64,000 nucleotides of DNA from Camelus ferus (lineage: Eukaryota). Location: the NCBI RefSeq assembly GCF_009834535.1, contig NC_045697.1, forward strand, positions 86,678,001 through 86,742,000, in the 5' to 3' direction. Under the pieces are notes generated by a model. It saw only the letters and a list, made by a program, of their open reading frames with translations. It was not told the DNA's origin and did no database searches. Positions 13,915 through 27,447 of the stretch are shown piece after piece; the stretch's first letter is position 1, and every line of letters starts with the position of its first letter. The position numbers were made by a program, and so were the translations under genes.

Positions 13915-14864
13915 TAGAAGTGGTAAAAGTGGACATCCTTGCTTTGTTTCAGATCTTAGGGGAAAGGTATTAGATGTCAGTTTTTCATAATTGTCTTTTA
14001 TGAAGTATTTGTATATTTTATGAGGATTCCTACTTATCTGAGAGTTTTTATAATGAATCAGTGTTGAATTATGTCAAATGCTTTTTCTGTGCCTGTTGAG
14101 ATAATCAGATGATTTATCCCTTTGGTCTATTAATATGGTGATTTACATTAATTAATATTTTGAACATTAAACCAACCTTACATTCATAGGATAAATATCA
14201 CTTGGTCATGATATATTATCATTTTTATACCTTGCTGGATTTGATTTATAAATATTTTGTTAAAGGGTTTTGCATTTATGTTCATGAGGGATAGTGATCT
14301 ATATTTTTTCTCTTCTTGTGATGTCTGTCTGATTTGGGTATCAGAGTAATACTGGCCTTGTAAGATGAGTTTAGAAGTGTCCCCACATCCTCAATTTTCT
14401 GACAGAGATTCTATTAAATGTTTAATAGAATTCTCTAGTGAAGAAATTGGGCTTAAAATTTTCTTTACGGGAGGTTTATAATTGTGAATTCAATTTCTTT
14501 AATAGATATAGGGCTACTCAGTTTCCTGTTTCTTTTTGCAAGGATTTTAGTGATTTGTGATTTTCAAGGAAGTTATCGATTTCATCTGGTGGTCAAAAAT
14601 TTTGGTATAAAGTTGTTTATAACAATTCCTGGATACCCTTTTAATATCTGTAGGATCTATATTGGTGGTTCCTTTTTAATTTTCGATTTGGGTAATTTAA
14701 ATTTTCTCTCTTTTTTGTCTTGATTATTATATCTAGAGGTTTATGAATTTTGTTTATTTTTTAAAAAACTAACTCTTGGTTTCATTGATTTTGTCTGTAG
14801 TGTCTTCATTTTGTATTTGGTTGACTTCTGCTCTTATATTTATTACTTTTTTCCTTGTACTTAC
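13915..14864 (-). mobile_element. L1 ORF2 fragment
   Basis: Antisense ORF2 (gtggacatccttgctttgtttcagatctt...). Confidence 0.85.
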
Positions 14865-15656
14865 TAGCCAGTGAGGAAACAGTTTTCCAAAAGAAGACTA
14901 GTGGATTCATTTGCATCTCTGAGGAAAGTTCACCAGACTCTCTCTAACACTACTTGGGCTTTTATGATAACAAAAAGTACAATTCTTTGAAAATAAACTA
15001 AGAAATTGCTTTGTGATTATCTAAGGGACTAGAGTTATGATTACTTTAAGGGCTGTATGAATGCTGTTTTATGATGTCTGTTTTTAAATTTTTTCCAGCT
15101 TTATTAGAATATAATTTACATATAACATTGTGTAAATTTAAGGTGTACAGCATGATGTTTTAATATACCTATGTATTGTAAAATGACTACCACAATATAG
15201 TTAGTTAACACATCCATCACCTCACAGTGTGTGTGTGTGTATGTGGTGAGAACATTTAAAATCTACTCATTTCAAGTGTATATTACAGTGTTGTTAACAT
15301 AGTTACCATGCTGTACATTAAATTAAATGTTTTAAAGATTGGAATTAGAGGAAATGAAAAAAATTAGTGTGGGAGGGAGGGAGACTTGGGCAATAAGCTA
15401 CAGTGAAAATTAGGTCTCTAAACGAACCCTTTCTTATTTTTTTAAGTCCTTAAAATTTTTTGGCTTATTTGTGAGAAATAAACAGTATGCCCCCCTAAGA
15501 GCTCTGTGTCAATAAGAGGAAAGATCCTTCGTCACTTCTCTGTTATTATTAATTTTTAGAATAATTTACCTTGACTAAATCCCATATAATTGAAGTATCT
15601 TTTGGCTATATAGCTTGATTCCTCTCCCTACTCTTTCCCTCACAGTCATTCTTGTC
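14865..15656 (-). pseudogene. Two phase-1 exons (15656-15570, 15020-14865)
   Basis: 87 nt (acceptor degenerated to TG; ...EESSYIAKRYFNYMGFSQ) and 156 nt (NHKAIS*FIFKELYFLL...MQMNPLVFFWKTVSSLA|gtaagt). Confidence 0.55.
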
Positions 15657-15940
15657 CAATAAGGAGAAATAGAAATTTACTAAAAATAGCATCAAAGCTA
15701 AAGGAGAAATCTCCAACGTGTACCCCGTGGAATTTTAGGAAATATATGTATGGCATGTTGTCAAAGGGAGATGCTGGTATCAGACTGGCTTCAAAGCCTA
15801 GCTTTAGCCAAATAGTGTTGGGCAAGGTATTACCCTCTCAGTGCTTCAGCTTCCTCAACTATAAAAGGGAAATAATAATACCCACCTCAAGGTTATTGTG
15901 AGTTTATGTATATAAAGTGCATAAAGTGCTTAATAAAGTG

Positions 15941-17927
15941 ACCATAGGGAATTCCTCATGAGGCCAGAGGTGCAGGCTGTCCCTCCCCCTACCTTCTCCC
16001 CTTTGGTAACCACAAGTTCATTTTCTATATCTATGAATTTGTTTTTGTTTTGCATATACATTCATTTGTATTATTTTTTAGATTCTTCATGTAGGTGATA
16101 TCATATAGTATTTGTCTTTCTCTGTCTGATTTATTTTACTAAGCAGGCAGTGTAGCAGGAGCAGAAGCCACAGGCATTTGGGTGCCTCTCCTTGTAACTT
16201 GCACCTTCAGGACCTGCTCAGACTTGATCACGTATATACTGCTTCCATTAGATTATGGAGTGCTGCTGTGCACGCCCAAATTTACAGTTACATATAAAAC
16301 CCAATTCATGAGAGGTAGATCCCACGGTAACTTAGTAGCCCATGGTTAGGCATTCAGTCTCTACTAAGGCCAAGTAGGAGGCCGCGATCTGTTTCTCAGG
16401 AGTAGTTATCTGCAGAGGATTGCAGGGTTTTTCTCCCAAAGCCTAAGGGCTGAACTGCAGTTCACCTCTAGGGGCCTGCCAAAGACTCCAGACAGCATCC
16501 CATCTGCCACTGACGCTTCAAGTACCATTGGATCTGCTGGATCACAGCAGCCTGGACCTGGTGCAGAGCCTTCCCTCCTTCTGGGCCTCACTCAAAACTA
16601 GCAGCTTATTAGGTCACCTATCCGTGGTGGCCAGAGTAATAAATCCAAGTGAGGGATATATGGCCTCTAAAATTCAGTGAGGCCCATCATTGTGCCTCTC
16701 TTTCAGTTGTAGGAAGAGTCAATACCCAGTTAAACTTACGATAATCCAATGTCATTCTCCAGAATCTTCTCAATAGGCCACGTGGGCTAGTTGAATGAGG
16801 ATATAGTGGGAATCACCACCCATGCAGCTCTTGAGTCCTTGATGGCAGTCCCTCCAGCAATATAGTATTGCTTTTGGCTTACCGTTTTCCTAGGCAGAGA
16901 TAGTTCTGGTGGCTCCCATTTGGCCTTTTCCACAATACTAGCCCTCATTCCTCATTCCCCAATATGGAGCTTCTGTCAACTGTTGAGTGGATCTGTTCCA
17001 ATTATGCATTCTGAAACTGGGGAAATAACCACAAAGTGGGTTCACGCACCCAGTGAGCTCACTGTGAGACAGACCTGAGCTACAACTCCATTCATCATCT
17101 GACCTCTACAATCTCCTGGTCTGACTGGTGGACAAGAATGATGTTTTGGGTCTCCTAGAATTAATGTCAGTTCAGAGCCAGTATGTAGTTGTCCCCAAAA
17201 GGTTTGATTATTTTCTTTTCCCCAGTGTACAGTTAGTCTGGTAAAAGGCTATAGATCCCTTTGGGGAAGGTTGGGAGAAGGATTGATAGTACAAGTTTTT
17301 GGCAATGTACCAGGTTCTTCCTTGTGGGACCCAGCCTTCCCTTCATCCAAGGAGTTCTGAATAAGTAAACTAGCTCAAGTCTGAGAATTGATTGAGGGAC
17401 TGTGACTGTCTGTTTTTATAATTCCGATTAGACTTTAGTTCACTTGACTTAGAACTTTTCTGCTTATACAGATCAAGTTAGAATTTTGTTTGTTTTATTG
17501 AAGTATAGTTGATTTATAATACTGTGTTAGTTTTGGGTGTACAGCATAGTGATTCAGTTTTTTGCAGATTATACTCTATTATAGGTTTTTACAAAATAAT
17601 GAGTGTAAGTCCCTATGCTGTACAGTATATCCTTGTTGCTTATCTATTTTATATAAAGTAGTTTGTATCTGTAAATCTCATACCCCTAATTTGTCCCTCC
17701 CTCTCCCCTCTCCCCTTTGGTAACCACAAGTTCATTTTCTATATCTATGAGTTTGTTTTTGTGTTGCATATACATTCATTTGTATTATTTTTTAGATTCT
17801 ACATGTAGGTGATATCATACAGTATTTGTCTTTCTCTGTCTGATTTATTTCACTAAACATAATATTCTCTAGGTCCATCCACATTGCTGCAAATGGCTAT
17901 ATTTTGTTCTTTTAATGAGTAATATTC

Positions 17928-17965
<38 letters not shown>

Positions 17966-20544
17966 CACATCTTCTTAATCCAATCATCTGTTGAGCACTT
18001 GGGTTACTTCCATGTCTTGGCTATTGTAAATACTGCATTGGGGTTCATGTATCTTTTTGAATTAGTGTTTTCATTTTTTCTAGATATATACCCAGGATTG
18101 GAATTGCTGTATCATATGGTAGTTCTATTTTTAGTTTTTAAGCAACCTCCATGCTGTTTTCCAAGTGGCAATACCAATTTACATTTCCACCAACAGTGTA
18201 TGAGGGTTCTCTTTTCTCCACATCCTCTCTAATGTTTGTTACTTGTAGACTTGTGAATAATAGCCATCCTGACAGGTATGAGGTAATACCTCTTTGTGGT
18301 TTTGATTTGCATTTCTCTAATAAATAATTAGCCATGTTAAGCACCTTTTCATGTGCATGTTAGTCATCTGTATGTCTTCTTTGGAAAAATGTCTGTTCAG
18401 GTCTTCTGCCTACTTTTTGATTGGGTTGTTTGTTTTCTGATATTGAGTTGTATGAGCTGTTTACATATTTTTGGATATTAACTCCTTGTCTGTCATACCA
18501 TTTGCAAATATATTCTCCCATTCTGTAGGTTGTCTTTTCGTTTTATCAGTGGTTTCCTTTGCTGTGCAAAAGCTTTTAAGTTTAATTAGATCCCATTTGT
18601 TTATTTTTGCTTTCATTTCTTTTGCCCTAAGAGGCCGATTCAAGAAAATATTGCTACAATTTATATCAAAGAGTGTCCTGCCTGTGTTCTTTTCGAGGAG
18701 TTGTATGGTTTCACGTCTTACATTTAGGTCTTCAATCCATTTTGAGTTTATTTTTTGCATATGATGTGAGGGATTGTTCTAATCTCATTGTTTTACATGT
18801 AGCTGTCCAGTTTTTCTAGCAGCACTTGTTAAAGAGACTGTCTTTTCTCCATGGTATATGCTTGCCTCCTTTGTCATAGATTACTTGCTCATAGGTATGT
18901 GGATTTATTTCTGGATTCTCTATATCTATTCCATTATATCAAGTAGGAATTTAGTAGGCTTCCTATATATTTCATTTCTGGGAACACCAAGATTAATTAG
19001 CCAACCCCATAGATCTATGACAGTGAGACTATTCTGACTGCTTCTTTGACTCTACTTTCCATTAGGGTAACCACACCCACCTTGCCTTTGGCTGCTGAAT
19101 GCTGCCACTTGGTCCCTGCCACCCCAGTATCCAGTTATTCCCCATGCATTTATGTTTCTTAGTTCAGTGAATCCAGTTCCCATTGTGAGGTCCAGCCTAC
19201 AGAAAAGAGTAATCACAGAGCTCTTAAAGATGCTTAGCTCCCCTCACAAATTTATTTATCACAGTCATCAGGAAAATGGTCTTATGAACCCTCCCAGTGT
19301 GGTGAGTAGGTCTTGTGTGACAAATCCACTCTAGCATTCCAGTCTCTCTAAGCCTTTGAATCCCTTCTTCCACATTAAACCAAGGCAGGTTCAGTACTTC
19401 CAGCTTGCTCACTGTGGGCCACTTTTTGGTCCATGTTTTAGCCAACCAACCAAACAAACCATTAGAGCCCTTTCTAAGTCCTCAAGCTGCAACATTAAAT
19501 ACAGAATCTCTGCTTAGTGAGCCTATATAAATAAATTCTGCCTGAGTCAAATTTATGTTCTTTCTATCATTATCCCACATTTTAATATCCATTCCTGCAC
19601 ATATTCCCTGGATTTCTGTCTGCATGCATTTTTTTAATCCAGTAATTATTTCAAAGTGTAGCGTATCTCCTCATGGATCACACTTTGCACTCTTCCTTGC
19701 TGGGACATAAATCTAGTTATTGGTCTAAAAGCAAGGTTGGGTGGTGGGAGTGGTCCTGAGGAGAATCAGCATTGTCTTACACAGTAGCTGCCTCAAGGGA
19801 AGCCATTACAGTTTCCTCAGGCAATGCAGAGTTAACCTGCTCAGACAGGGGTACAGAGCCTACTCCAACTGCAGTGAGGAAGACTCTTCCACTGACAAGA
19901 CATCAGAATTTAGGGGTGTAATGTCCCCAGTTCACCAGTCTTTCCACACATCTCTGTTCCAATTTTTAGGATCCTACTCCTTCACAGTCAATGCCTTACT
20001 TTAACAGCAGACATCATCAGAAGGCTGAGAGTTCAACTTGCATTGTAATTCAGCCAGTCAGTCATAGGATGAAATTCTGTACTTGATTTTCAGCAATCTC
20101 AGCCCTGTGGCTACAAGAGATAAGGATCTCCTTGTGGGCCCACAAAGAAACATTCAGATCATCTATGCAGCCCTTGAGCTGAGAATTTGAATCCCTGAGT
20201 GCATCCTTTTCTTTCCCAACTCTGTCCAGCAACAATAGGAGCAATAAGCCAACCTCGTTATATTCATTATTTTGCCAAAAATGTTTGAAAGTATTATGTA
20301 CCCAGTCACACAGACCCTTGCTTCTTCATAGTGGTTGATAAGGAGTATCCAATTGTGATATTTATCCTATCTCTATTTCAGATCACACCATGGAATATCA
20401 GTACTCCTTTTATTATTGGAAATACAGCCATTAACATCTTTAAATCTAATCAGAATAGGGAACCAATTCCAGAGACCCAGAAGCAATTCAGAAAATGCAT
20501 CCTTAACATTCTGTTCCTCTAGAACCACTATCATTACCAAAATC
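15941..20544 (-). mobile_element. ERVL internal region (gag-pol remnant), 3' truncated, interrupted by L1
   Basis: Gag-like ORFs (FGWLAKTWTKKWPTVSKLEVLNLPWFNVEEGIQRLRE) and pol-like sequence at 16150-17400. Confidence 0.9.
17487..18937 (-). mobile_element. 5'-truncated L1 inserted in the ERVL
   Basis: ORF2 C-terminus (ORF 18461..18760). TSD atcaagttagaattt (17472) / atcaagtaggaattt (18938). Confidence 0.92.
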
Positions 20545-20966
20545 TGAATTAGTCAGTGTTCTCCAGAGAATCAGAACCAGTAAGAGATAGACATATAGAC
20601 AGATAAGAAAGAATTGGCTCACACAATTATGAAGGCTGACAAGTACCTAGATCTACAGTTGGCAAGCAAGAGACCCAAGAAAGAAAGAAATGTGTAAGCT
20701 CCAGTCTAAAGGCCAAAAAAGACCATCTCAGTTCAAACTGCCAAACAGGTGGAGTTCCCTCTTACTCAGCCTTTTTATTCTAGTTAGGTCTTCAGTTGAT
20801 TGGATGAGGCCACATACATTAGAAAGGACATATACTTTTACTCAGTCTAATGATCAAATGTTAATCTCATCCAGAAATATCCCCACGGACACATCCAAAA
20901 TAATATTTGAACAAATATCTGGGCACTCTGTGACTTAGTCAAGTTGAGACAAACTTAATCATCACA
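20545..20966 (-). mobile_element. MLT2-type 5' LTR of the ERVL
   Basis: Minus strand begins tgtgatgattaagtttgtctcaacttgac and ends tctctggagaacactgactaattca, followed by gattttggta. Confidence 0.9.
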
Positions 20967-21593
20967 GCCATCTTGTTATTTTCATAAATGTTATCTATAA
21001 TATTTATAGAGTAGATTTAATTCCTAAAATTCTAGGTCTTTATTAGTTCTCACGTAAACTAATGAAACAAACTTACAACTAATCTCATGATACTCAACTT
21101 CTCTTTCCTTGCATTCATCCCGTAAACTACCACCAAAATTACATTATTTTTTAAAATGGCACAGATTGATAGTGTTTTCCACCCCCATCCCTTTGCCAGA
21201 ACACTGTAGCAACCTCCACTGCTTCTCCTAGGCTGCTGGGTTCAGTACGATCTCAGTAGTACAGGCATGACGAAGTCTTATCATCTCCGACTCCACTTCT
21301 CCTCATAGGAATGCCTGCTTATCCTTCTGATGACAAATCAATGCAATACAACATAGTTGAGCCATGTGAAGCTGCTGTATTTTTAGGTTAAAAATATGGC
21401 AAATTGGTAGAATATGATCCAACTTAATCCAATAATATGAAAGAAATATACTTTTAAACTTCTCATTCATTTCCATTTATGCAGTGGCTAACGGTTTCTG
21501 GCACATCACAGGCCCTAAAGAAATGCTTACTGAATTAATGAATCATTTTTATATTAAAGAACACTCAAGAAATGAAAACTTTGGAGTATATAC

Positions 21594-21920
21594 TGAATTT
21601 TCCATTATTTTAGATTTTACTCTGACTCTAGATTTTATACACATGACTTTCTTTATTAGATTTATGTTCAAAGATTTAAGTTGAAAAGCAGTTATTCTCA
21701 GTTAAGTATTTCTAGTTTATCTAGACATTTTTAAATGTTCTTAGTCTGCATGGAAGGAAAAAATAGAGAATATCTTAAATTTAACTTGAGCTAAGTTTTA
21801 CTCCAGATAATCACTTGGAAAGTAGTTTACCACTTGTGGCCAAAAAACTCCCTTTTGAAAATAGTACCTTGGGGTTTATTGGGATTTTTTATGACTTTTT
21901 TTTCTGGCTTCAGAAAAATG
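21594..21920 (-). pseudogene. Two exons (21920-21868, 21745-21594)
   Basis: IFLKPEKKVIKNPNKPQ (open, 53 nt, phase 2->1). The second exon has the acceptor ttttttccttccatgcag and several stops. Confidence 0.5.
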
Positions 21921-22362
21921 CTAAAAACATAACTTATTGAACTCATGGGAAAAGTGAACCATTATGATCAGTTAGAGCCTGTTCAATCCATGAATACACT
22001 GGAAACATAACTTAATTTGACAGGAAATAGAAAGTTTTTTAGTAGAGGATCTCTCATGGCTAATTATAATAATCTTATAGAGTTGAAGGGCTGATAGGGA
22101 CTTCGGATGATGAGTTTTCCTACTCTCTGTCTTCTAGCAGCATATGATGTTTAAACCATCCCCAACAGGTAAGAATTTATCCTATAAGCACCTTCCTAAG
22201 ACTAAGAAAATTAGCTTCTCTTAATTAAAAAAAGCAAAGTGTATCTACTTATCTATGTAATTGTTTTGTAACTGGATGGTACCAATGAATCACTGAAAAA
22301 AAAAAACTATTGATCTAGTAGATGTGGGTTTAAATTATAGCTCCTCTAAATTTCATCTTTTT

Positions 22363-24919
22363 TTTATGTGTCCAATTTCTTTTTTTTTAACATTTTTTAT
22401 TGTTTATAATCTTTTTTCTATGTTGTGTCAAATTCCAGTGTAGAGCACAATTTTTCAGTTATACATGAACATATATATATTCATTGTCACATTTTTTTCT
22501 CTGTGAGCTACCATAAGATCTTGTATATATTTCCCTGTGCTACACAGTATAATCTTGTTTATCTATTCTACATTTTGAGATCCCAGTCTATCCCTTCCCA
22601 CCCCCTGCCCCCTTGGCAACCACAAGTTTGTATTCTATGTCTATGAGTCTATTTCTGTTTTGTATTTATGTTTTGTTTGTTTTGTTTTTTTTTAGATTCC
22701 ACATATGAGCGATCTCATATGGTTTTTTTCTTTCTCTTTCTGGCTTACTTCACTTAGAATGGCATTCTCTAGGAACATCCATGTTGCTGCAAATGGCATT
22801 ATGTTGTCTGTTTTTATGACTGAATAGTATTCCATTGTATAAATATACCACCTCTTCTTTATCCAGTCATCTGTTGATGGACATTTAGGCTGTTTCCATG
22901 TCTTGGCTATTGTAAATAATTCTGCTATGAACATTGGTGTGCAGGTGTCATCCTGAAGTAGGGTTCCTTCTGGATATATGCCCAGGAGCAGGATTCCTGG
23001 GTCATCCAGTAAGTCTACTCCTAGTCTTTTGAGGAATCTCCATACTGTTTTTCACAGTGGCTGCACCAAACTGCATTCCCACCAGCAGTGAAGGAGGGTT
23101 GCCTTTTCTCCACAGCCTCTCCAGCATTTGTACTTGTGGATTTTTGAATGATGGCCATTCTGACTGGTGTAAGGTGATACCTCATTGTAGTTTTGATTTG
23201 CATTTCTCTGATAATTAGTGATATTGAACACTTTTTCATGTGTCTATTGGTCATTTGTATGTCTTCCTTGGAGAATTGCTTATTTAGGTCTTCTGCCCAT
23301 TTTTGGATTGGGTTGTTTGTTTTTTTCTTATTAAGTCATATATTCTGGAGATCAAGCCTTTGTCGGTTTCATTTGCAAAAATTTTCTCCCATTCCATAGG
23401 TTGTCTTTTTGTTTTACTTATGGGTTTCGTTTGCTGTGCAGAAGCTTATAAGTTTCATTAGATCCCATTTGTTTATTCTTGCTTTTATTTCTATTGCTTG
23501 GGTAGACTGTTCTAGGAGAATATTTTTGAGATGTATGTCAGATAATGTTTTGCCTATATTTTCTTCTAGGAGGCTTATTGTATCTTGTCTTATGTTTAAG
23601 TCTTTGATCCATTTTGAGTCTATTTTTGAGTATGGTGTAAGGGAGTGTTCTAACTTCACTGATTTACATGCTGCTGTCCAGTGTTCCCAACACCATTTGC
23701 TGAAGAGACTCTTTATTCCATTGTATATTCTTGCCTCCTTTGTCAAAGATGAGTTGACCAATAGTTTGTGGGTTCATTTCTGGGCTCTCTGTTCTGTTCC
23801 ATTGGTCCATATATCTGTTTTTGTACCAGTACCATGCTGTCTTGATGACTGTAGCTCTATAGTATTGTCTGAAGTCTGGGAGAGTTATTCCTCTGGCCTC
23901 TTTCTTTCTCTTCAGTAATGCTTTGGCAATTCTAGGTCTTTGATGGTTCCATATAAATTTTGTTATGATTTGTTCTAGTTCTGTGAAATATTTCCTGGGT
24001 AATTTGTTAGGGATTGCATTAAATCTGTAGATTGCCTTGGGCAGTGTGACCATTTTAACAATATTGATTCTTCCAATCCAAGAGCATGGGATATCTTTCC
24101 ATTTTTTTAAGTCTTCTTTAATTTCCTTCATCAATGGTTTATGGTTTTCTGCGTATAATTCTTTCACCTCCTTAGTTAGATGTATTCCTAGGTATTTTAT
24201 TACTTTGGTGCCATTTTAAAGAGGATTGTTTCTTTACTTTCTTTTTCTGTTGACTCCTCATTTGTGTAAAGAAATGCAACTGATTTTTGAATGTTAATCT
24301 TGTAACCTGCTACCTTGCTGAATTCTTTGATCAGCTCTAGTAGTTTTTGTGTGGACCTTTTAGGGTTTTCTGTATATAGTAACATGTCATCGGCATATAG
24401 TGACACTTTTACCTCTTCTTTTCCAATTTGGATCCTTTTTATTTCTCTCTCTTGCCTAATTGCTGTGGCTAAGACTTCCAAGACTATGTTGAATAGGAAC
24501 CACAATGGATAACCTAGAGGAGATGGACAAATTTATGGAAACATACAGTCCACCAAGACTGAACCAAGAAGAAACTGACCACTTGAACAAACCAATCCCT
24601 GGAAATGAACTTGAATTAGCAATAAAAAAAACCTCCCTACAAATAAAAGTCCAGGACCGGACGGCTTCACTGGGGAATTCTACCAAACATACAAAGAAGA
24701 ACTCATACGAGTCCTTCTCAAACTCTTCCAGAAGATTGAAAAGGAGGGAATACTCCTAAACTCATTCTATGAAACCACCATCACCCCAATATCAAAACCA
24801 GACAAAGACAGTACCAAAAAAGAGAATTATAGGCCAATATCACTAATGAACATAGATGCCAAAATCCTCACCAAAATATTAGCAAATAGACTCCAACAGC
24901 GCATACAAAAGATTATACA
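22363..24919 (-). mobile_element. Relatively young L1 with inverted 5' part, inserted in a MIR
   Basis: ORF2 antisense to ~24497, sense from ~24500 ([10 protein letters not shown]...). TSD tcatcttttt at 22353 and 24920. Confidence 0.93.
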
Positions 24920-25269
24920 TCATCTTTTTAAATTGAAGACAAACCTACTTTGCGGCAGGACTGTTGTGGAGATTAAATATATTATTTGTAAAGTGTTTTG
25001 TACTGTGCCTGCCCCCCGCAGGTCCTTCCAAAAAGTTTCTATTAATAGTACTAGTACTCAGCTTAAGCATTACACATACTTGCAGAAAGACTGAATGATG
25101 ACGTTACCACACAGTCAGTGAAGTGATAAGCATGACTCTACAGGGAAGGCCTCATTTCTTACAGTGTCCCTACAAAAGCCGGATGTTCACAAATCAAGAA
25201 TGTTGAAATAGATATTCCTCTACTTGAAGGGAGAGGGAACCGCATCACTGGATCAGACAGCTAATCCTC

Positions 25270-25430
25270 TGAATCACCTAGGGAAACTTCTAAAAATACA
25301 CATACTTGAACTCCAAGTCAGACCTAGAAAATCAGCATCTCTGGGGGTGGGGAGAAGAGGGAAGGAATCCTGTATTTCAAAAAAAAAAAAAACCAACAAA
25401 AAACAACCTAGGTGATTCCCATGATAAGTT
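25270..25430. mobile_element. MER5A-like hAT MITE
   Basis: gaatcacctagggaaact...atcagcatctctgggggtgggg...ggtgattc. Confidence 0.6.
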
Positions 25431-25486
25431 GGTGAGATGACCTCTCTATTCCCTTCAAGATTTACATTCTGTGATTCTAATCACAC

Positions 25487-26246
25487 CTTCTGAGTGAGTC
25501 AGAGCTCAGAATTATTGTGCACGATGAGGTAATTTGTGGTTTCCTGTCTAGATTATGGTAGAGGGAAGAATCATATAATGGATTTTATCTGATAAATTAA
25601 TGGAGACTTGTTATAATATAGAAAAATGAAATATTGCCTGATTAAACCCTTAAGCTTTAGATCCTTAATATTCTGATGAATAAAGTGAACAAAGCAGACT
25701 GGATTTTAACATGATGGATATATTCTGTGCCATAAAAACCCTGAAAAAAAAGGAAAAATACCCAGGCAATATGCAAGCAAGCCACAGTCAAGGGAGCGAT
25801 GGAGAAATAAGCTAAAGGCAAAGTCAGAGAGAGACACCTTGTTTTTACCTCATAACTGAACGACTGCCATCTCGAGGCTAAATCAATAAAGAAAAAGAAT
25901 AAGACTTCATTGAACCAGAGTGATATTTTATATAGAATTATGTCAGAGGCCCATATGGTCAAGGGAAATGTTGTTAAATTAGAGTTCACAAACATATTTG
26001 ATTCAATCATAGGAAGAAATCTCATACCAGTTTTGCCAGTGTGTCACAGACTAATGCAGTAGATCATGACCCTCAGGATAAATCGCTCTTCTGTGGACTA
26101 AGAGCAGTCTTTTGTATTTCTAACGCTGTGTGCGGCTTCCAGAAAGAAATTAGCGTTTATCATGGCTGTCAGTTTCCAGAAAGCAAATAAAGTTCTTGAT
26201 GAAGTCTCCTCATTCTGGGAAAGAAACAGGAGGCTTACCTTTACTC
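25487..26246 (-). pseudogene. First RGS-like domain exons (26246/26214-26028, 25877-25849, 25740-25487)
   Basis: Donors gtatga, gtaaaa, gtgtga and strong pyrimidine acceptors. Frameshifted pieces FIKNFICFL, TAMINANFFLEAAH, PRDGSRSV, LIRQYFIFLYY parallel RGSL1 RFYSYL..VDFWILAE..QEGSRVV..KLQSYWLPNFY as recalled. Confidence 0.55.
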
Positions 26247-26886
26247 CTGAATTGACACAGACAGAATTGATACGGTTAATTGATGAGGCCACCTCTCAGA
26301 AACATTTGCCTACTGCACTGACATACATGGAGTCAGTTCCTTTGTGCCTGTGGTCGTGCTGGTCACTCCATGCACTAACCTTGGGAGGAAGCGGTACCCT
26401 AAAGATCTCAAGTCTTAGCAAAACAGTAATACCACACCATGCTTTCAACCAGGCATATAATTTTTAAAATTCTCATTAATTTACATAATTGTAGGTTTCC
26501 CACTACAGGGGTACTAACACACTTCGGAAAAGGCAAGTGCTGTCTCCAGTACCTTAATCAGAAAAGTCAATCAGTCACAAAGTGGAGAGGAATCTAATTA
26601 AGCATCTGATTCTCGCAGTAACTCTCAAGTGTTTCCTGACTTTACAATTGTACACCATCTCATAGCTAGAAAACACTCTCCTGTCACTTGCTAATCCACA
26701 TCATGATGACCCATATCAAGGTTGATAAAACTGAGGTCTGGAGGTTAACGCTGACTTCTCTCCATGAGGGAGTTCTCAAGGGCTCTATATCCTGTCCTGT
26801 TTTTAACTCTGAAATATATTAACCTAGTCACCCTTGTGTAGACAACACAGAAAAGGAAATGATCAGGTTTTATAACTATTTATAAC

Positions 26887-27383
26887 TTTCTGATTCATTC
26901 TTAGTCTCGGAGATCTGTGGGTGTTTACTACAACTTAGCAACTTTCTCTCATAAAATAATGCCCGGTAAACCTCTTCTTGGACCACAGCCAGGTATAAAC
27001 AGTATCAAAGCCCTCTCCTGCATCAGTGCACCTGATTGCCTTCAAAAGAGGTGAGGAACACGCGAAGAGAAATTCCTCCCCCAGAAAGAACCACTAACTA
27101 ACTGGAAAGGAGTCTTGATTGCTAATGAGTATTTTCAGTTTCAATTCCTAGATTCAGGGCTGTATATAAAGAGGCCTATAGAATGGAAGAATTTAAGCCT
27201 AGTTGTTGAGTGATTTGGGGAAAAACATACAAACCTGTTTGCTTTCCTGAGTGGCTGTGGCAACAAGGGAAGAGGGGAAAACTGTCTTCTTCTTTGGAGC
27301 TCTGTCTTTGGAACAAGGCACTGAGTTTTAAAATAGTCGTAAAGTACTTGAATCAGCAATTTTTGCAGTATTTCCTCTCCACG
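26887..27383 (-). pseudogene. Three exons (27383-27235, 27175-27103, 27039-~26887)
   Basis: RGEEILQKLLIQVLYDYFKTQCL... (open), PLYIQP*I*ELKLK..., AIRCTDAGEGFDTVYTWLWSKKR...KVAKL; phases 0->2->0. Confidence 0.6.
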
Positions 27384-27447
27384 CTGAAATTAAGATAGTT
27401 TGTCTTACAGGCTTTCCTCACTTTCTCTTTTTTTTTTTCACACTTAC

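Noticed and set aside
19152..20522. ORFs in the ERVL as a domesticated gag gene
   Set aside because: Short, broken by stops and frameshifts; ordinary decayed ERVL.
23021..25094. Longest ORFs in the window (up to 169 aa)
   Set aside because: L1 ORF2 fragments or their antisense frames; not host genes.
26640..26810. Possible additional exon between 26887 and 26246
   Set aside because: ggagttctcaagggctct...cctgtcctgttttta resembles an L3/CR1 reverse-transcriptase remnant.
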